A model generated the notes under the pieces. That model saw only the letters and a list, made by a program, of their open reading frames with translations. It was not told the origin of the DNA and did not search any database. From Eledone cirrhosa (lineage: Eukaryota): a stretch of DNA of 64,000 bases. Position numbers and translations under genes: made by a program. Positions 44,040-58,559 of this stretch are shown piece by piece; within the stretch, counting starts at the first letter, position 1, and each line of letters starts with the position of its first letter. The stretch is from the NCBI GenBank assembly GCA_964016885.1, contig OZ024743.1:11160001-11224000 (forward strand), in the 5' to 3' direction.

Positions 44040-44347
44040 ACACATGCATATATGCGCTTACACTCATCTATCAGCTGTCTGACACACTAATTATAATCAT
44101 ATACAAAAATCGTTTAATTCTATTGTCACAATAGCAGTAGCTTTATAGAATTTTCTTTTTTTCCCTTTCTTCTAGAATCTAACCAGTTAACCAGGAAATA
44201 ATACACATATGTCTCTGATTAATTTCATTGGTAGCTTGTCCTGGCTATCGATGAATACCTGATCATTGCAGATGTAGACATAAGTACCACGTAAACAAAT
44301 GTTTCTAACACTGCGGCATCTGAAGCTTCTGTGACAGAACCAAGACT

Positions 44348-44880
44348 TTCTTCTTCTTCTTCTTCTTCTTCTTTTTCTTCTTCTTCTTCTTCTTCTTCTT
44401 TTTCTTCTTCTTTTTCTTCTAGGAAGGTCTTGGCGGCAGGGTCCTCAAACGCTCCTTCCATCGGGTCCTATCAGAAACAACCATCTCCAACTGATCCCAC
44501 TGGATCCCCAAGCAAGACCAGCCAAACTCATGGATGTTATCCAACCATCTTGCTCGGGGTCAATCCCTGGGTCTTCTGCCGTTTGGTTTTGATCGTAAAA
44601 TCTGTCCAGCAATTCTTTCTTGAGATATTCTAACCACATGTCCATAGTATCGGAGCTGTGATCTCTCAATTCGGAGCAGTAGTGGCTCCACCTGGACTCT
44701 CTGATGTTCAAGCTACACACTTAGTATGGATGGTGTTGTGTCTGGGAACAACTTGAGACATGTAGAACATCACGGATATGTGTGAGTAGGGAGTCCTTCT
44801 TTGTGTAGAAATTTTCTTGTGAACAATGGACAGAGCCTCGATAGTGCATGTCAAAAGAAAATTTATCAGTGACAGTGGCC
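44348..44880 (-). pseudogene. 3' end of an RTE-like LINE with (GAA)n tail
   Basis: Minus strand PNGRRPRD*PRARWLDNI (RPRGRPR..W motif), followed by a (GAA)n tract at 44348-44420. Confidence 0.75.
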
Positions 44881-45169
44881 TATCAGATCAACGAGCGACC
44901 CGAGTATGTTCTGTGCTGGCGCGGCTCTTCGAATAGGTTCAGTCGTGTACTAAATTTTAAGGTTGATCCGAAAATATATCATGCATAATCAAAACTGATT
45001 AATACAACTTATATACGATATGTAGTTTAAATCCTTGTCGCTGGGGACTGGGTTGATGCTTATTTTATCATAAGGGGAAATATATTAGTCATAACGTTCG
45101 TACCCTTTTCAAGGATGCTAGTAGTGTCAGATTAAAGGTTACAAGCAGGAATATGAGCCGCCAATGAGG

Positions 45170-45900
45170 GATATTAATTGCTTTTCTGCATTCAGTACAA
45201 ATATATCAACACGATCCGAGACATGTATGATAATACCTCTGCAGTAGTAATCACACCAGATAGTCAGACTGATGCATTCAACATCAACATAGCGACCCTC
45301 TCACCCCATTCTTGTTCATCATCAGTCTGCACTACGATTACTGAATCTGATGACCTGACACTGGGACGATGTCGTAGTCCCCGTCATCCTGCCGAAGTGA
45401 TAGGTGATCATGACTAGGCTGATGACATTTTGCTTCTCGAAAATACGATCAAAGCTGCACAGAATTTCCTTATCAGCGTGGAGAAGGCATGCCAGGGTTT
45501 TGGTCTATTTCTGACGAAGTACATGCACTTGAATCCATCTACCAATGAACACCTGCACGCATCAGCTGGCTCAGATATCGAACGCGTGAAGGATTTTAAG
45601 TATCTCGGTGGTTACACTGACTATGGCCGTAATATGGGTATCCGGATTGCTCAGTCGTGGAAAGCGCTCCACTCGTTGTAGATGGTGCGGAAGGCAGACA
45701 TCCACAAGAACGCAAAAACAAAGGTCTTCCTAGCCTGATAGACGAGATCCTTTTGTACGGTTCGAAGTCGTGGATATTGAATGCTGTTCACTGCAAGAGA
45801 CTCGATGGTACATACACTAGAATGCCACACTCAGCATACAGCATCTCCAGGAGAAGTCATGGAAAATTGGTCTACTAGACTCCAGATGCAATGAGATGAG
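45170..45900 (+). pseudogene. Degenerate RTE-like LINE RT fragment
   Basis: IRDMYDNTSAVVITPD, *ADDILLLE, IERVKDFKYLG, IRIAQSWKAL, ILLYGSKSW. Confidence 0.88.
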
Positions 45901-46534
45901 TTGGTCGGCCGTATACCACCTTGAAATCAATCACCGAGATGGACACCGAGGAATATGAAGCTTGAACTTTTTCAATACCTCACCACAGCCTCAATCTATC
46001 ACATGACTCAAGAAGGTAGATATACATATATATAGTGTATGTGATTCAGTGATTTACTGGTGGTGGTAGCAAAGTAAGCACTCAATGCACAGCAGAGTGA
46101 ATACTTTTCTGCAACTTATATGTATGTAAATACGCAGGTAGGACCGTTAAATACAAAATTCTGAACGTCGGTATATCTAAAACAAACGCTAATTAATCAT
46201 AGAATGCCCTATACTTAAATAATATACTCAGAAAACAAAGATAACAATAAACAAGGCATCTAGTGGATAAGGCCATGGAATTCCAAACTCGTAAATAATA
46301 CATTCATAAAAACGAAGCCAATCATGAACTAAATGTCCAAACTTGAACTAACATATCTTCCATAATCCCTACCTCAGACATCATCCATATTTTCTGACCC
46401 CAAACTCGCTCTAAATATGAGTATGGGGGAGACGGACTTTTACAAGCTGTAGCCGCCAAATTATTCAGTTTCTGTATAAGAATAAACATTAAGCAACATC
46501 CATTATTACCTGCAGCGACTACGACCATATCAAA

Positions 46535-46722
46535 TAATTATTTCTATTTTTGGCACAAGGCCAGCAATTATCGCAGTGTATTACTGCTACTTTATTTTAT
46601 CGACCCCGTAAGGATAAAAGACAAAGTTAACCTCGGCTGGATTTGAACTCAAACCGTAAAGGGACGTAACTCTATAATGCAAAACATGGTGTCTGACCCT
46701 CTACCGATACTGCCAATCCACT
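46535..46722 (-). mobile_element. SINE family A
   Basis: GGCACAAGGCCAGCAATT...TCGACCCCGTAAGGA...GGATTTGAACTC...ACCGATACTGCCAATCCAC. Confidence 0.92.
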
Positions 46723-47032
46723 GACCATCTCAAATAGTGTGGGACAGCTTGGATGATACAGTCGTACATGCCCTCCAAAATTGTTCAGGCTGCAATATAT
46801 TTGATTTTCGGATTGTTCGATCAGGATGGACGTGGGACAAAACAGTAACAACGCCATGAATTTGAGTGTTATCTGCATACATACTGCTCTTGTTAGATTG
46901 CTTTAAATTTCTGTTGTAAAAATCCCATTATGATAGTGTCAAGCTTAACCATTATTGTTTAAGATGAGACAATATCGTGTGTTGTAATATACAAACATAA
47001 ACTCTCTCTATATATATGTGTGTGTGTATGAG

Positions 47033-47100
<68 letters not shown>

Positions 47101-47223
47101 GTTATACTTGGGGAGGGTCATATTTGTGTAAAATTGCCAAATATGACCCTCCCCAAGTATAACGATATTTGTTTCGACACACGATTTCATATAAAAAACC
47201 TCGCAAAACTAATTCATCGCGGT

Positions 47224-47288
<65 letters not shown>

Positions 47289-47732
47289 AGAAAGAATTTA
47301 TATGTGTGTGTTAGAGTTATACAAACAAACCTGCTGCACATTTTCATAAAGGATTATATACGTATATCAAATACTTATATTATATACTTGTATGTCCGTA
47401 TATATGAGAGTATGAGTGTGTGAGCGAGCGCGTGGGTGTTGTGTACATTTACAGTTATATATGTTGTTTCGCTTGCCGAGGGAAAGAAATTGTGTTTGTA
47501 TAATAGCCTAGTAATACAAATTAAGAGATAAGCAGAGTGTTAGTACTTCAATGTTTAAGGAATAATGTTCAAACTCATATCTAAGCTCTTTTGACGATCT
47601 CTGAAAGTGCTTTTGAGATGTTTTTATCTAATAGCCTGAGCTTACCACAGGCTATTTAGCACTAAGGAAATAATGAGCAATCTGAACAAAGCTGAATCGA
47701 TGGAGACACAGCAGTACCACCACCTACACTAA

Positions 47733-47734
47733 CA

Positions 47735-47772
<38 letters not shown>

Positions 47773-47798
47773 ATTAGATACTACTACTAGTACTACGA

Positions 47799-47876
<78 letters not shown>

Positions 47877-47899
47877 GACGACGACTACTACTACTAGTC

Positions 47900-47939
<40 letters not shown>

Positions 47940-48022
47940 CAGCAGCACCACTACCACCACCACCAGCAACAGTAGTAGTAGTAGTAGTGATAGCAGCAGC
48001 AGCAGTAGCAGCAGCAGCAGCA
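47733..48022. repeat. Trinucleotide microsatellite switching from (CTA)n to its reverse complement (TAG)n
   Basis: Switch at ACTAGT near 47893-47898. Confidence 0.9.
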
Positions 48023-48227
48023 GAGATTGGAACATATAATGAAACACTATACATAATATATATAAATATATAGGTTGTGGGTTTGCTCATATATGAAAAG
48101 GAACAACCATAATGAGAATGACGCCAGACGACAATTGTAAAAATTCATTCGATAGATAGCAGCCAAGAAGAGACAGCTTCCATCATTTATATCTACATTG
48201 ACCCATTTACGAGTAAGCTCTAATGTT

Positions 48228-48384
<157 letters not shown>

Positions 48385-48527
48385 ATATATATATATATAT
48401 ATATATTTGTATATATATATATATATATATATTTGTATATATATTTATATATATATATATTTATATATATATATTTATATATATATTTATATATATATAT
48501 ATATTTATATATATATTTATATATATA

Positions 48528-48612
<85 letters not shown>

Positions 48613-48637
48613 ATTTATATATATTTATATATATATA

Positions 48638-48682
<45 letters not shown>

Positions 48683-48697
48683 ATTTATATATATATA

Positions 48698-48748
<51 letters not shown>

Positions 48749-48751
48749 ATT

Positions 48752-48875
<124 letters not shown>

Positions 48876-49008
48876 AATATATATATATATATATATATAC
48901 AAATATATATATGATATTAAATGAATGGAAACTATATTTATAAAACCATATTTATTCCCAAGAAATTGAATATCCCTTTTTCTTATATATATATTTATTT
49001 ATAAATAT

Positions 49009-49102
<94 letters not shown>

Positions 49103-49181
49103 ATATATATATATATATATTTAAGTAAGTAAGTCAATTTTTTTTTAAAAAATTTTTTTAAGAAATTTTCTTATTTTACGT

Positions 49182-49219
<38 letters not shown>

Positions 49220-49267
49220 CATATATATATATATATATATTTACATATATATATATATATATATATT

Positions 49268-49310
<43 letters not shown>

Positions 49311-49418
49311 ATAGATAGATATATATGTACATACATATATATATGTATATATATGTATACATACATATATATACATATATGTATGTATATGTATACGCAC
49401 ACACACACACACACACAC

Positions 49419-49457
<39 letters not shown>

Positions 49458-49665
49458 TACATTTATATATACATATATATATATATTTATATATTTATAG
49501 TTAAAGAATGAAGATTAACATGGTTTGCTGTACAATAAGGCGTTTATTTAAAGTACTGACAATTGTTTCGTTGATCATGTGGGTCTAGAGTTCGCTAATC
49601 GCGTGATGTTATATATTTATATATACATATACATATATACATACATTTATATATACATATACACT

Positions 49666-49746
<81 letters not shown>

Positions 49747-49875
49747 AGAAGGGATATTTGTTGGAAATTCAACGAATATAAATGTTTATAACTGATTAAG
49801 AGCACTCGACAAATTCTGGAGTAAATATTCAATGATATTAAATAACTGGAAACTATATTTATAAAACCATATTTA

Positions 49876-49935
49876 TTCTGTTATATATATATTTCAATGG
49901 TACCAAAAACTTTGGTACGCTTTCATCAGATAAAA
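49876..49935 (-). ncRNA. Type I hammerhead ribozyme (imperfect helix I)
   Basis: UUUUAU-CUGAUGA-AAGCGUACCAAA GUU UUUGGUACCAUU-GAAA-UAUAUAUA-UA-ACAGAA, then AAUAAA. Confidence 0.72.
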
Positions 49936-50096
49936 AACAAAGTATGTTTTATAAATTTTGACTTAGCCAAGGAAACATACCTTATCAGTTGTATTTCCCT
50001 TGCAAATCCAAGGGAAATTCAACTGATAAGGTTTCAGAAGATCCCGTTAAGGGTGAAAGCAGCGATTCTTTGCTTAAACTTTAATCTATTATTTTA

Positions 50097-50127
<31 letters not shown>

Positions 50128-50138
50128 GATAGATAGAT

Positions 50139-51129
50139 ATGTTTCTTTTATTTGCCACCAGGGCATCAAAAGTGGGACAAGTACAATGGGGGGAGTTTAC
50201 AAAACAAGGCGTCCTCAATAAGGAGGAGGCAATAACAATATATAAAAATAAAATAAAATATAACAAAAAATAAAATTTATAACAAAGTCCTCAATAGAGA
50301 GGAGGCGCCTTGGGGGGTCGCACACGCCCCAGAAAAAAGTGTACAACCCTTCTCCTCAGGAGCACAGAGGAGGGGTGCTCCCTTGGTCTTTCATCTTCCT
50401 CACCTATAGTCTGATGTAGAGTGAAGGCCCATTCACACGGGCCATTCTCGCCACTTTCACACATCTTTCATAGAAACGGCTGGGGTGCAGCACCTCTCTC
50501 TCCATCCTGATCCTTCTTCCGAAATGATATCGGAAGAAACGGACCAGTTGTTGGCAAGAGAGAAAGGTGCCTGACCTCAGTCCTTTCAGACGCGTCCACC
50601 ATACAACCTCTTTCGCCATGGCTATTACGCACAGAAACACCGCCTCTCCTTCGTTTTTGAAGAGGGGAGGCGGCTTGATCGTTACAATAGACTCGGTGGT
50701 CAACCGGATCGGTCCCACCCTTGACAGCAGTTGTTCGACATAGCCCCACAGATCGGCAATGCCCGAGCAGTGTACCAATGCGTGTGCAACGGTTTCCTCG
50801 TCGCACACGCATCTGGGACAGACCTTTTTCGATGGGTCCCTACCCGGGCGCCCGTGTCTGTAGAGCCTTTCTCGAACGGGCAGAGCCCTTCTGTAGCATT
50901 GCCAGGCCAGGGACCTCTGGAAGTTATCCATGGGTCCCGGGCTGAATGTCCTACCGAACAGGTTGGCCAGTTCGTCTTCCTCCATGCCTAGGGCTTCTCC
51001 GAGGGCGTCGTCGCACCTGCTAACCACCAGCCCTCTATAGAATGACGAGGTGGATTCTCCACTGACAGCCGGGTCCGCCTGCCAGAGAGCCGTGAGCGCC
51101 TGGGCACACTCGGTGTGCCAGGCGCCCAA
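50139..51129 (-). mobile_element. 5'-truncated L1/Tx1-clade LINE: ORF2 C-terminal zinc-binding region, 3' UTR and AATAAA
   Basis: Open frame 50404-51129 with LAWQCYRRALPVRERL...CPRCVCDEETVAHALVHC (zf-RVT-like CCHC); (GATA)n at both ends. Confidence 0.88.
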
Positions 51130-51305
51130 GATAGATAGATAGATAGATAAATATACACCGGTGTGTATGATTGTGTAGAGAAGATTATATTAATAAGAGG
51201 AATTCCAACTTTGTCTGATTTACTCGTTTTATTTACAATCCTTTAAAATTTATAATGGTATTATAATGAAATAGTATGATAGAATATTAAATTTTAAGTG
51301 TTAAT

Positions 51306-51344
51306 TGAACAAGTACTTTCATGCTTTCGCAATCTTCAGCTTCA
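51306..51344 (-). ncRNA. Minimal hammerhead ribozyme (family J, one helix I mismatch)
   Basis: UGAAG-CUGAAGA-UUGCGAAAGCAU-GAAA-GUAC-UU-GUUCA. Confidence 0.75.
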
Positions 51345-51399
51345 TAATGTGTGGTGACAGTCAAGTTTGCAATTTTCAACTGTCAGTTGAAAATTGCAA

Positions 51400-51438
51400 T
51401 GAACCTGAAGATAACGAAAGCATGAAAGTACTTGTTCA
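51400..51438 (+). ncRNA. Minimal hammerhead ribozyme (family J, helix II mutated)
   Basis: TGAAC-CTGAAGA-TAACGAAAGCAT-GAAA-GTAC-TT-GTTCA. Confidence 0.72.
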
Positions 51439-51550
51439 ATTAACACTTAACATTTAATATTCTATCATACTATTTCATTATAATAGCATTATAAATTTTA
51501 AAGGATTGTAAATAAAACGAGTAAATCAGACAAAGTTGGAATTCCTCTTA

Positions 51551-51611
<61 letters not shown>

Positions 51612-51650
51612 ATTAATATATATATATATATTAATATATATATATATATA

Positions 51651-51706
<56 letters not shown>

Positions 51707-51824
51707 TATTAATAAGAGGAATTCCAACTTTGTCTGATTTACTCGTTTTATTTACAATCCTTTAAAATTTATAATGCTATTATAATGAAATAGTATGATA
51801 GAATATTAAATGTTAAGTGTTAAT

Positions 51825-51863
51825 TGAACAAGTACTTTCATGCTTTCGCAATCTTCAGGTTCA
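51825..51863 (-). ncRNA. Minimal hammerhead ribozyme (family J, intact)
   Basis: UGAAC-CUGAAGA-U UGC GAAA GCA U-GAAA-GUAC-UU-GUUCA. Confidence 0.85.
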
Positions 51864-51977
51864 TTGCAATTTTCAACTGACAGTATATATATATATATAT
51901 ATACATATATATATACATATATATATTTATATATATATATACATATATATATACATATATATATATATATATTTATA

Positions 51978-52104
<127 letters not shown>

Positions 52105-52127
52105 GTATATATATATATATGTATATA

Positions 52128-52199
<72 letters not shown>

Positions 52200-52248
52200 T
52201 ATATTTATGTATATATATATGTATATATATATGTATATATATATGTAT

Positions 52249-52331
<83 letters not shown>

Positions 52332-52344
52332 CATATATATATAT

Positions 52345-52533
52345 GAGAAAAACCACAGACCCTCCATCTCAACTCTACTTTTGAAAAGCAGAAGAACTGC
52401 GAAACCGGTAAAGGAACCAAATAAATATTCTTAGAAAGTCTCCAGTTGCATTTTCGATTTCATCTTTTTTTCTTTATACTTTCACTCGTGTAGGACACCT
52501 CGGTTATTTTTCATTTTGTACAAAAAACCTCAC

Positions 52534-52540
<7 letters not shown>
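52345..52540 (+). mobile_element. Repeat family C, copy 2
   Basis: GAGAAAAACCACA.ACCCTCCATCTCAA...AACTGCGAAACCGGTAAAGGAACCAAATAAA... Confidence 0.88.
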
Positions 52541-52566
<26 letters not shown>

Positions 52567-52714
52567 ATAAATTCGAATGGTTGGACTGCCCTCTCTAATC
52601 CATGAGAGCCGTTATTTGATGCAAATAACACGTGATTTCGCCCTACTCTGGACAGCGTGTATATTAGCCTTCTCTCTATCCATGAGGTTAGATGTGTCGT
52701 GAACAGTGTCCACA

Positions 52715-52791
52715 TTTGCTGACTGAGGATCCTGTGACCTGTTATACTGCACATATCAGTGGTGAAACGAAGCGAGATTCGTATCAGCAAA
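52715..52791 (+). ncRNA. Type I hammerhead ribozyme with a full helix III hairpin
   Basis: TTTGCTGA-CTGAGGA-(helix II region)-GAAA-CGAA GCGAGA TTCG-TA-TCAGCAAA; perfect 8-bp helix I, GUA triplet. Confidence 0.88.
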
Positions 52792-53087
52792 CTTATAGTT
52801 ATAAGGTTGGTAATTTAAAACTCTAATTCAGAGATTTGATTCTGACTTTTTTTTCTATTTAATTGCTAAACCTGTAGATATTGTTCTCTATACAGTAACG
52901 GTAAAACTCACTTGTAATCATTCTTTACACACATCTCACTGTGTATATATATATATACATATATATATATACATATATATATATACATATATATATAGTA
53001 AAAATAACGGAGCAAAGGACTCGCGTTTAATCCTGTAATTAAATGAGTTCAAAGGAAATAGTTTTCCTGGGCACTTTAAAATACAAT

Positions 53088-53495
53088 ATATAGAGGGGAA
53101 AGACATAGGAGAGTGTGTTTTTCATTACAGGAATTTCGAACCACCAGCGTGAGAAGAATATAAACTACTAGAGGCATTGGTAAAACATTAAAATTAAAAG
53201 TATAAATTGAAATGAAAAACCATCCTCACCTAAATCACACATGTACACACTCACCAGGAGCATGTTTCGCCATTTTAGTGGGTTCCAATACGGCCCGGTG
53301 GGTCATCAGCATGTGGAAGGCCGATATTGTCCGCACTACTAGAGAGAGAACTAAAATAAACCACCCTTCGCACGTGTAGAGATTAAAAGGAATGCGTGCT
53401 CGGGGCAGTAACTGGTGGCATGACCAGAACAAGCTGCTAGAGATGGCAGCCTATACTATGAAAAACACACTCTCCTGTGTCTTTCCCCTCTCTCT
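53088..53495 (-). mobile_element. (TA)n-embedded element with ~35 bp inverted ends and a degenerate hammerhead (53251-53316)
   Basis: GAGGGGAAAGACATAGGAGAGTGTGTTTTTCAT / ATGAAAAACACACTCTCCTGTGTCTTTCCCCTC; minus strand CUGAUGA-CCCA...UGGC-GAAA-CAUG. Confidence 0.65.
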
Positions 53496-53539
53496 CTATA
53501 TATATATATATATTTATATATACATATACATATATAAAT

Positions 53540-53682
53540 GAAGTAATTCCGTCGGAAAGATACAGGAAAAAAGAGTGCTCTATGTAGGTTACAGAGCTTA
53601 TTAGTTATGTAATAAACAACATAAGATAATTATTTCATTTATCAGTGGGAAATTAAATAATTATCTTATGTTGTTTATTACA

Positions 53683-53688
<6 letters not shown>
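53540..53688. repeat. Short palindromic copy of the 36061-36367 family
   Basis: GAAGTAATTCCGTCGGAAA...TATGTAATAAACAAC then inverted TTATGTTGTTTATTACATAAC. Confidence 0.85.
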
Positions 53689-53726
<38 letters not shown>

Positions 53727-53727
<1 letters not shown>

Positions 53728-53921
53728 CGAGAAAAACCACAAACCCTCCATCTCAATTCTACTTTTGAAAAGCATAAGAACTGCGAAACCGGTAAAGGAA
53801 CCAAATAAATATTCTTAGAAAGTCTCCAGTTGCATTTTCGATTTCATCATTTTCCCTCATACTTTCACTCGTGTAGGACATCTCGTTTTTTTTCATTTTG
53901 AAAAAAACCCTCATTTTCTAA
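53727..53921 (+). mobile_element. Repeat family C, copy 3
   Basis: Near-identical to 52345-52540. Confidence 0.88.
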
Positions 53922-53987
<66 letters not shown>

Positions 53988-54310
53988 CATTTATATACCC
54001 CTATATATATAATGTATATACCTCTATTGCAATATAACTATCAGTTTATTAATTTATCATTTTCCACGATCTTCAACGTCTAGACAGTAGTTTTACTCTG
54101 ATGTGTTTGAGGTTTTTAAAGCATTTAAATGTATAACATTTCTAATTAATTCTTATTCCAAATATTTTAAGAAAAATTATTACTATTACATACTTCCTTT
54201 ATACATTAGAGTCAAGAGAATGTCTTCATAAATATGAGATGGCTTTCGCACGAATTTATATAATTAAGGAATGATATAAATCGTGTTGGTATAACCCCTA
54301 TCATAACGTC

Positions 54311-54518
<208 letters not shown>

Positions 54519-55403
54519 TTAGCGAGAATCGCATTTCGGCGAGTAGACGTTAGCGAAACGCAACTTCCGCTTTGCGTTGGCAAGCGCTCCATGAACCAGA
54601 AGAGCCCAGAGCCATAATATTAGGCTCGATTAAAGCTACCAGGTCAAAGCTACCGGTATTCAGCCAAATCCTGGGCTGTCCTTAACCTTGATGTTGATAT
54701 GGCTGGAATGCTTGAGGGTTAATGGCATCACTGGTTAGTGTTTCAACTGGTAGGGGACAAATTTGGCTGAACCGTCTGAGACGATACAGCAGATTAACTT
54801 AATAATGCGTATATACGAAGTTCTACGTATATCAACCACTCATGCGCTTGTTTCTCATCTCTGAATGTAAAACAAAATCCCTCATGGGACGTGAAATTAC
54901 GCTGCATACAGCACGATCGATTGCTGGCACATGAGATGCATGCGCTAAATTATTTTGACACACTTATTCATAGTATCTCTGACTGCATACACTACTGATG
55001 TCCCGCGTAATTATCAAAGGATTGGAAAATTGGATTACTCAATGAGCATAAGTGTCTCAAACGACGCGAGAAACTTCAAACATGAAATGAAATTGGGTCA
55101 TATATTTCTGTCAACAAATTAACGCTTCCTATTCTATAGCACTCGCTTATGTTAGTTTATAACATATAGAGAATAAATAACGTGCCTGATACTGCCTCCT
55201 GGTGAACAAACGGTGCTAAGTTTTCCTTTCCTATAACTAGATGCCGATTGATAGACGTTCAGAATAAAACTCAACGATTCTAGTTGTTCGTAACTAATAA
55301 TCAACGTCGAGTTTCCACGCACAACTCACAACTTTTAATCCTTTTAATTATAAGGAATTATATCGCAGTATGATATAGCCTATGATTGTAATCAGTGAGA
55401 GCA

Positions 55404-55560
55404 TACGGGGGCTGCTAAAAAGTACCTGCCTTTGGGTAAAATAAAATACAGGAGGATCAGTTAATTATGATTTTATACAACATATTCCTCTCTCAGATTT
55501 ACACACTTATTGCAGAGGTTCTTCGGGTTTTCTAAGCTCTGTAAAAACAACCCAGGAGGT
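55404..55560 (-). mobile_element. Mariner terminal fragment
   Basis: TA|CGGGGGCTGCTAAAAAGTACC TIR-like start; minus strand KCVNLR.EYV resembles the mariner transposase C-terminus. Confidence 0.6.
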
Positions 55561-55695
55561 AGGTACCACTTCGTAGTACCATTAACAAGTACTTCGTTAG
55601 CTGGCTGTGTTAAATACATAAATTTCTAGTTCATGAGTTTTACCATTGAGAAGTAATTTTCTCTCTCTCTCTCTATCCATCTATCTATCTATCTA

Positions 55696-55822
<127 letters not shown>

Positions 55823-55827
55823 GTATA

Positions 55828-55868
<41 letters not shown>

Positions 55869-55895
55869 GTATATATATGTACATGTATATGTATA

Positions 55896-55934
<39 letters not shown>

Positions 55935-55963
55935 ATATATGTATATGTATATGTATATATATG

Positions 55964-55998
<35 letters not shown>

Positions 55999-56025
55999 GT
56001 GTATATATGTATATGTATATATATG

Positions 56026-56184
<159 letters not shown>

Positions 56185-56197
56185 GTATATATATATG

Positions 56198-56264
<67 letters not shown>

Positions 56265-56266
<2 letters not shown>

Positions 56267-57544
56267 TAATAAGAGGAATTCCAACTTTGTCTGATTTACT
56301 CGTTTTATTTACAATCCTTTAAAATATATATAATGGTATTATAATGAAATAGTATGATAGAATATTAAATTCTAAGTGTTAATTGAACAAGTACTTTCAT
56401 GCTTTCGCAATCTTCAGGTTCATGATATGTGGTGACAGTCGAGTTTGCAATTTTCAACTGTAATGAGATGGGTAAATTTCCTACCTTTTATACATTTTAT
56501 ACAGAGAAAAGTGGCTCCAGAATGCAAAGCCCTGTAAACTGTATTTCGACCAATCAGTGTGTAGTTTCACTTAATTACTACAGCTGATTGGTTTAAGCGT
56601 CACGGCTGGTTGAGCATGCTAACGACCAATAGTCATATCCAACGTATCAATTGTTTTGCTTTTTTGAAATGATGAAAATAGCATTTTCTATTAATCATCA
56701 CCATCAACATCACTTTTATTATTATTATTATTGTTGTTGTTGTTGTTGTTAGTGGTCGTGGTCATAGTGGTAGTAGAAGTAATACCCCTAGGCGTTATTA
56801 TTGTTCATTTAGCTTGGGTTTGAATTTATCAATAAAATTCTTTTCTTTGATTTTTCTCTTGATTTCATTTGGGCTGTGTAATTTGTAGAATGGGAATATT
56901 ATAAATATTCCCTGACCACATGTTGCCAGGTGGCCGCTTAGGGGTATCTGACGGACATTTGGGTCTCTGATTTGTTGACGGTGTACCCGTGCACGTTCCG
57001 ATAGTGCATTTCCAGTTTGACCGACATATAGTTCTTCACAATTCGGGCATTTAATGCAGTAAATTAGATTTCTGCTTTTGCAGTTCATATTTGCATTTGT
57101 GAATATTTTTCCAGTTTTTGTTTTCATATATTGACCGGCGTGTATGGATTGACATGTGCCGCATCGATTATCATTGCATTTAGATACAGTGAATGATTGG
57201 TCTTTGTTGTTAAGGTCAAACTTTGCTTTTGTTAGCAATTGCTTCAAATTTTTTGGCTGTCTTTTACTAAGAGTCAAAGATCGATCTGTGATTAAGCCTT
57301 TTAATTCATTACTTTGAGCAATGATCGGTAGGTTTGCTTTGGCAGTGTTGAAGATATTCTGGTGACATGGGTTGTGTGTCATTATAAATGGTATGACCAG
57401 TTCTTGGTTTCTTCTTCTTTGGGTTGTTCTAAGTTGTTGTATAGGTATTTTTATAGCCCGCTGTATGCCATTTTCTATAAGTTGAGATGGGTATTTTTGT
57501 TTGAGCAAAAATTCTCTTAGTTCTGTTAGGCGTTTGTACCTGGT

Positions 57545-57545
<1 letters not shown>
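56265..57545 (-). mobile_element. 5'-truncated Penelope-like (Neptune-type) element with an uninterrupted thumb-linker-GIY-YIG frame (56798 to ~57540) and 3' HHR
   Basis: QKYPSQLI...IPFIMTHNP...SKRQPKNLKQLLTKAK...CNDNRCGTC...MNCKSRNLIYCIKCPNCEELYVGQT...RARVHRQQ...KEKNFIDKFKPKLN. Confidence 0.95.
56384..56422 (-). ncRNA. Minimal hammerhead ribozyme (family J) in the Penelope 3' terminal region
   Basis: UGAAC-CUGAAGA-UUGCGAAAGCAU-GAAA-GUAC-UU-GUUCA. Confidence 0.88.
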
Positions 57546-58468
<923 letters not shown>

Positions 58469-58493
58469 TTATCGATACTAAGTAATTTTGGTG

Positions 58494-58559
<66 letters not shown>

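Larger units (their letters stand above)
51188..51885. repeat. Three alternately oriented copies of a Penelope 3' terminal segment (51188-51383, 51384-51555 inverted, 51708-51885)
   Basis: TTAATAAGAGGAATTCCAACTTTGTCTGATTTACTCG... is the same as the 3' end of the Penelope element at 56265. Confidence 0.93.
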
